Shown here piece by piece: positions 61,182-64,000 of a stretch of DNA of 64,000 nucleotides. Origin of the DNA: Acidobacteriota bacterium. GTDB lineage: Bacteria > Acidobacteriota > Vicinamibacteria > Vicinamibacterales > SCN-69-37. The notes below the pieces were generated by a model. That model was not told the DNA's origin, searched no databases, and worked only from the letters and a program-made list of their open reading frames with translations. A program made the translations under genes and the position numbers. The DNA is taken from NCBI GenBank assembly GCA_044507065.1, contig JBIQJY010000008.1, positions 4,441-68,440 on the forward strand. The letters run 5' to 3'. The number at the start of each line of letters is the position of its first letter. Position 1 is the stretch's first letter.

Positions 61182-61832
61182 CTAGAAGTGCACGACTTCG
61201 ATCGTGAACGTGATCGGTACTTCGATGCGGCCGACGTCGTAGACCCGCGCGCACAGGACGCCGGCGTCCTGTACCGCGCCGGTGACCACGCCCCCGATGC
61301 TCGAGATGTCGTTGGCCAGGACGATCGTGCAGGTCGTCCCGCTCCATGTTCCCAGCGCCAGGCCGACGATGGTGCCGCTCGTGCCGGCCGAGGTCCAGTT
61401 CGCCCCGCTGGTGGCGCCAATGACCGGTGTGTCGGCCACGAATGTGGTGCCCGCAGCCACGCTCGCCACGTGCAATGACCCGGTGGCCGGATTCCAGCTG
61501 TGGACGACGCCCGTGGTGGTCGCCGCGTCGAGCGACTCGCCCTGGTAAACGGTTTCGCCCGGCGAGAACTCGCCCGTCCCGCCGCCGTGGACCTTCACGA
61601 GTGCGCTCGGCGTCAGCGCCCTGATGGTCGCATTGGCCGATCCCGCCTGGTTCACGACAATCGGGGCGAACGTGACGGCGCCGTTGACGGTCAGTGTGCC
61701 CGTATACGACTCGGTGATGGGGGTTGGTGTCGGGCCGGGGGTCGGGCCCGTCGGATCATCATCCCCGCAGGCGGCCGCCAGGCCAGCCAGAGTGACGACA
61801 AGAATTCCCTGCAACAACAACGGTCGGCGCAT
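61182..61832 (-). CDS. hypothetical lipoprotein, Gly/Thr/Val-rich, all-beta-looking
   Basis: ATG 61832 with AAGGAG upstream. MRRPLLLQGILVVTLAGLAAAC lipobox-like signal. C-terminus ITFTIEVVHF. ORF 61182..62018 trimmed. Confidence 0.7.
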   Translation of the reverse strand: MRRPLLLQGILVVTLAGLAAACGDDDPTGPTPGPTPTPITESYTGTLTVNGAVTFAPIVVNQAGSANATIRALTPSALVKVHGGGTGEFSPGETVYQGESLDAATTTGVVHSWNPATGSLHVASVAAGTTFVADTPVIGATSGANWTSAGTSGTIVGLALGTWSGTTCTIVLANDISSIGGVVTGAVQDAGVLCARVYDVGRIEVPITFTIEVVHF

Positions 61833-62141
61833 GCCTGCTCCTTGAAATCGCCCGACGTAGAGCAACTCATGCCCGTGTCTCGTGACGACCGGCACTAGTG
61901 TACTCGCGGTGGACGCCAAGTGTGCAGACGGCCGGGACCGCGATCCGGCCGGGTCGCCGGCCGATGCCGCCGGCCCCCGCTGGCTCGTGAGCGTCCTATG
62001 TGCAGGTTCTGACGCCATTCCGCAGTCGCATCCAGCCGGATGTCTGGTAGGATGCAGTGTTCTCGAGGACAGGCACGGCAGGTGCCGGGCGGGTCCGTTC
62101 TCCCTTCCGCAGAGGAAGGGCAGTCAGAGGTGCAGCCAGAG

Positions 62142-62729
62142 ATGACGCGTGTAATCACCGCCGCCGTGTTGAGTATGTTCCTCGTGGTCGGTGCAGCCGC
62201 AGCCCAGACGCCGCCGGCCGCCCCCGCCGCGCCCCCGCCTGCCGCGGAGGCCCCCGCGCCCGCAGCGGTGCCGTTTCCGGCAGATGCCCGCATCGGGTTC
62301 GTCAACCTGCAGGCCGTGCTGCTCAACTCGCAGCTGGGGCGTGCGGGCCAGGAGAAGCTCAAGGCGCTCTCCGACAAGCAGAACACCGAGATCGGCACAA
62401 AGAACAAGGAGCTGCAGACGCTGCAGCAGGAGATTCAGAGCGGGCAGAATGTCCTGGCCGCCTCGGTCCTCTCGCAGAAGTCCGCCGACGCCGAGCGCCG
62501 GCAGCGCGAACTCCAGTTCCTGCAGGAGCAGGCCCAGGCCGACTTCAACGCGCTGCAGTCCGAACTGCTCGACGATTTCGGCGAGAAGGTGCTGCCGCTC
62601 ATCGAGCAGATTCGCGCCGAGCGCAACCTGTGGGTCATCTTCGCGCCGCCCGAGGGCACGGTGGCGGCGGTGAACAACGGTCTCGATCTGTCGGCCGAGG
62701 TCGTCCGGCGTCTCGATGCCGGCAAGTAG
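62142..62729 (+). CDS. skp: OmpH/Skp-family periplasmic chaperone
   Basis: Signal peptide, Pro/Ala linker, IGFVNLQAVLLNSQLGRAGQEKLKAL and a long coiled region. ATG 62142 inside ORF 62040..62729. Confidence 0.85.
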   Translation: MTRVITAAVLSMFLVVGAAAAQTPPAAPAAPPPAAEAPAPAAVPFPADARIGFVNLQAVLLNSQLGRAGQEKLKALSDKQNTEIGTKNKELQTLQQEIQSGQNVLAASVLSQKSADAERRQRELQFLQEQAQADFNALQSELLDDFGEKVLPLIEQIRAERNLWVIFAPPEGTVAAVNNGLDLSAEVVRRLDAGK

Positions 62730-62782
62730 GACCGGTCCAACAGCCGACGTCAGGACTCCGGCGGGCGATACCGAGGCATCGG

Positions 62783-62812
62783 CCCGGGCGTCGCAGCCGG
62801 GGTCTTTTTTTT
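62783..62812 (+). terminator. weak candidate terminator or attenuator after skp
   Basis: CCCGG-(9 nt)-CCGGG, a short GC stem, followed 2 nt later by a T9 run (62805-62812). The run ends 10 nt before the fabZ-lpxA ATG. Confidence 0.4.
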
Positions 62813-62822
62813 GCCCGTGCCG

Positions 62823-64000
62823 ATGACAACGATTCCACCCGTTCTTGAACGCCTGGCCAACCGATACCCGTCGGTTCTGGTCGACGCGGTGACCAGTCAC
62901 GAACCCGGACACCGCATCGTCGCGGTCAAGAACGTCACCGTCAACGAAGAGTTCTTCCAGGGGCACTTCCCGGGCACGCCGCTCATGCCGGGCGTGCTGA
63001 TGATCGAGTCGCTGACGCAGGTGGCCACGCTCCTGCTCGCGGGGACCGACACCGAATCCAGGCGCGCCCGACTGCGCGGCGTCTACAACGCGAAGTTCCG
63101 TCGCCAGGTCGTGCCCGGCGATCGGCTCGAGCTCGAGGTGACGATGGGGCGTCGGCGCGGCTCGATCGTGCGCACGCGCGCCGTCGCGTCGGTCGACGGT
63201 CACGTCGTGGCCGAGGCCAAGCTCGTGCTCGCCTTCGAGCGCACGCGGGGAGCCAGCCGTCACCCGGGTGCCGTCATTCACGAGACCGCCATCGTGCATC
63301 CCCGCGCCGTGGTGGGCGAGGGCACGGTCATCGGGCCGTACGCCATCGTCGGCGGCGACGTCGCGATCGGGCGCCACTGCACGGTTGGCGCGTCGGCCGT
63401 GGTCGAGGGGTGCACGACGATCGGGGATCGCACGGAAATCTATCCGTTCGCGTCCATCGGGCTGGCCCCGCAGGACCTCAAGTTCAAGGGCGAACCCACC
63501 CGCCTCGTCATCGGCGAGCACAACGTGTTTCGCGAGTTCGTCACCATCCATCGCGGCACCGCCGGCGGCGGCGGCGTGACGACGATTGGCGACGACAATC
63601 TGTTCATGGCCTACGCGCACGTCGCGCACGATTGCCACGTCGGCCGGTCGACGATTTTCGGCAACGGCGCGACGATCGGCGGGCACGTCACCGTCGAGGA
63701 CTACGCGACGATCAGCGCCTACTCGGGCGTCCATCAGTTCTGCCGCGTCGGACAGCACGCCTTCATCGGCGGCTACACGGTCGTCACCCGTGATGCGCTG
63801 CCGTATGCGAAGACGGTCGGCAACCGCGCCCGCATCTACGGCGTGAACACGATCGGCCTGGCGCGCCGCGGGTTCAGCCCGGAGCTGATTGGCAAGCTGC
63901 GCCGGGCCTACCGGCACCTGGTCCAGCACAACACGAGCCGTGCGCTGGAGCTCATCGAGCGCGACCCGTCGCTCGAGGCGGCTGAAGTCAGCTATCTCGT
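62823..64000 (+). CDS. fused 3-hydroxyacyl-ACP dehydratase FabZ / acyl-ACP--UDP-GlcNAc O-acyltransferase LpxA (3' end outside window)
   Basis: Hand translation of a frame that never closes before the window end, which is why it is absent from the ORF track. FabZ part: VKNVTVNEEFFQGHFPGTPLMPGVLMIESLTQ. Linker RTRGASRHPG (63240-63269). LpxA hexapeptide repeats follow: AVIHETAIVHPRAVVGEGTVIGP.., MAYAHVAHDCHVG, ..NRARIYGVNTIGLARRGF. Confidence 0.85.
   Translation, partial: MTTIPPVLERLANRYPSVLVDAVTSHEPGHRIVAVKNVTVNEEFFQGHFPGTPLMPGVLMIESLTQVATLLLAGTDTESRRARLRGVYNAKFRRQVVPGDRLELEVTMGRRRGSIVRTRAVASVDGHVVAEAKLVLAFERTRGASRHPGAVIHETAIVHPRAVVGEGTVIGPYAIVGGDVAIGRHCTVGASAVVEGCTTIGDRTEIYPFASIGLAPQDLKFKGEPTRLVIGEHNVFREFVTIHRGTAGGGGVTTIGDDNLFMAYAHVAHDCHVGRSTIFGNGATIGGHVTVEDYATISAYSGVHQFCRVGQHAFIGGYTVVTRDALPYAKTVGNRARIYGVNTIGLARRGFSPELIGKLRRAYRHLVQHNTSRALELIERDPSLEAAEVSYL

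Noticed and set aside
62072-62085. GGCACG-N4-GTGC, a GG-N10-GC sigma54-like match upstream of skp.
   Set aside because: The match is simply the two arms of a 5-bp hairpin (GGCAC/GTGCC). By rough composition estimates, a motif this short is expected once or twice by chance in a window of this size and GC content.
61882-62145. 87-codon ORF filling the lipoprotein-skp intergenic region.
   Set aside because: Cys/Arg/Gly-rich composition unlike a real protein. No RBS. It overlaps the skp start and the predicted hairpins. More likely non-coding.

Overview
GC-rich bacterial chromosomal window, almost entirely core housekeeping genes in long co-directional strings, often translationally coupled through ATGA/GTGA overlaps. 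The TIGR03436-type VWFA-related protein and several DUF-type small membrane proteins suggest Acidobacteriota; this is inference only. Recognisable content, in order: trpS (partial), scpAB, rluB, cmk. Then a sigma54 two-component module and small stress-type proteins. Then rpsA and an ihfB-like gene, a HIT protein, an acyl-CoA dehydrogenase, a VWA protein, a split acyl-CoA mutase, valS, nadC, birA, an RNA methyltransferase, argS, mobA. Then TPR and SPOR envelope proteins, lnt, prfB (with its +1 frameshift) and PBP1A. Then a dnaK-dnaJ-hspR heat-shock operon, a DnaC-like loader, hemW, a MeaB-epimerase fusion, MTA salvage genes (mtnP, PfkB kinase), a four-gene membrane-protein string, ribH-nusB, lysS, lolE/lolD and clpC. 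The window ends with an outer-membrane cluster: bamA, an inverted lipoprotein gene, skp and a fused fabZ-lpxA that runs off the window. I saw no rRNA, tRNA, CRISPR array, transposase, integrase, prophage or obvious defence island. I cannot point to a clear new multi-gene system. The best candidates for follow-up are gene fusions and rearrangements in core pathways (FabZ-LpxA, MeaB-methylmalonyl-CoA epimerase), a J-domain with HPG instead of HPD in the HspR operon, a sensor-less kinase-like protein with a degenerate ATP-binding domain plus a sigma54 activator wedged into the cmk-rpsA junction, and a few uncharacterised secreted or membrane gene sets. All family assignments come from motif recognition by eye and memory. 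No searches were run.
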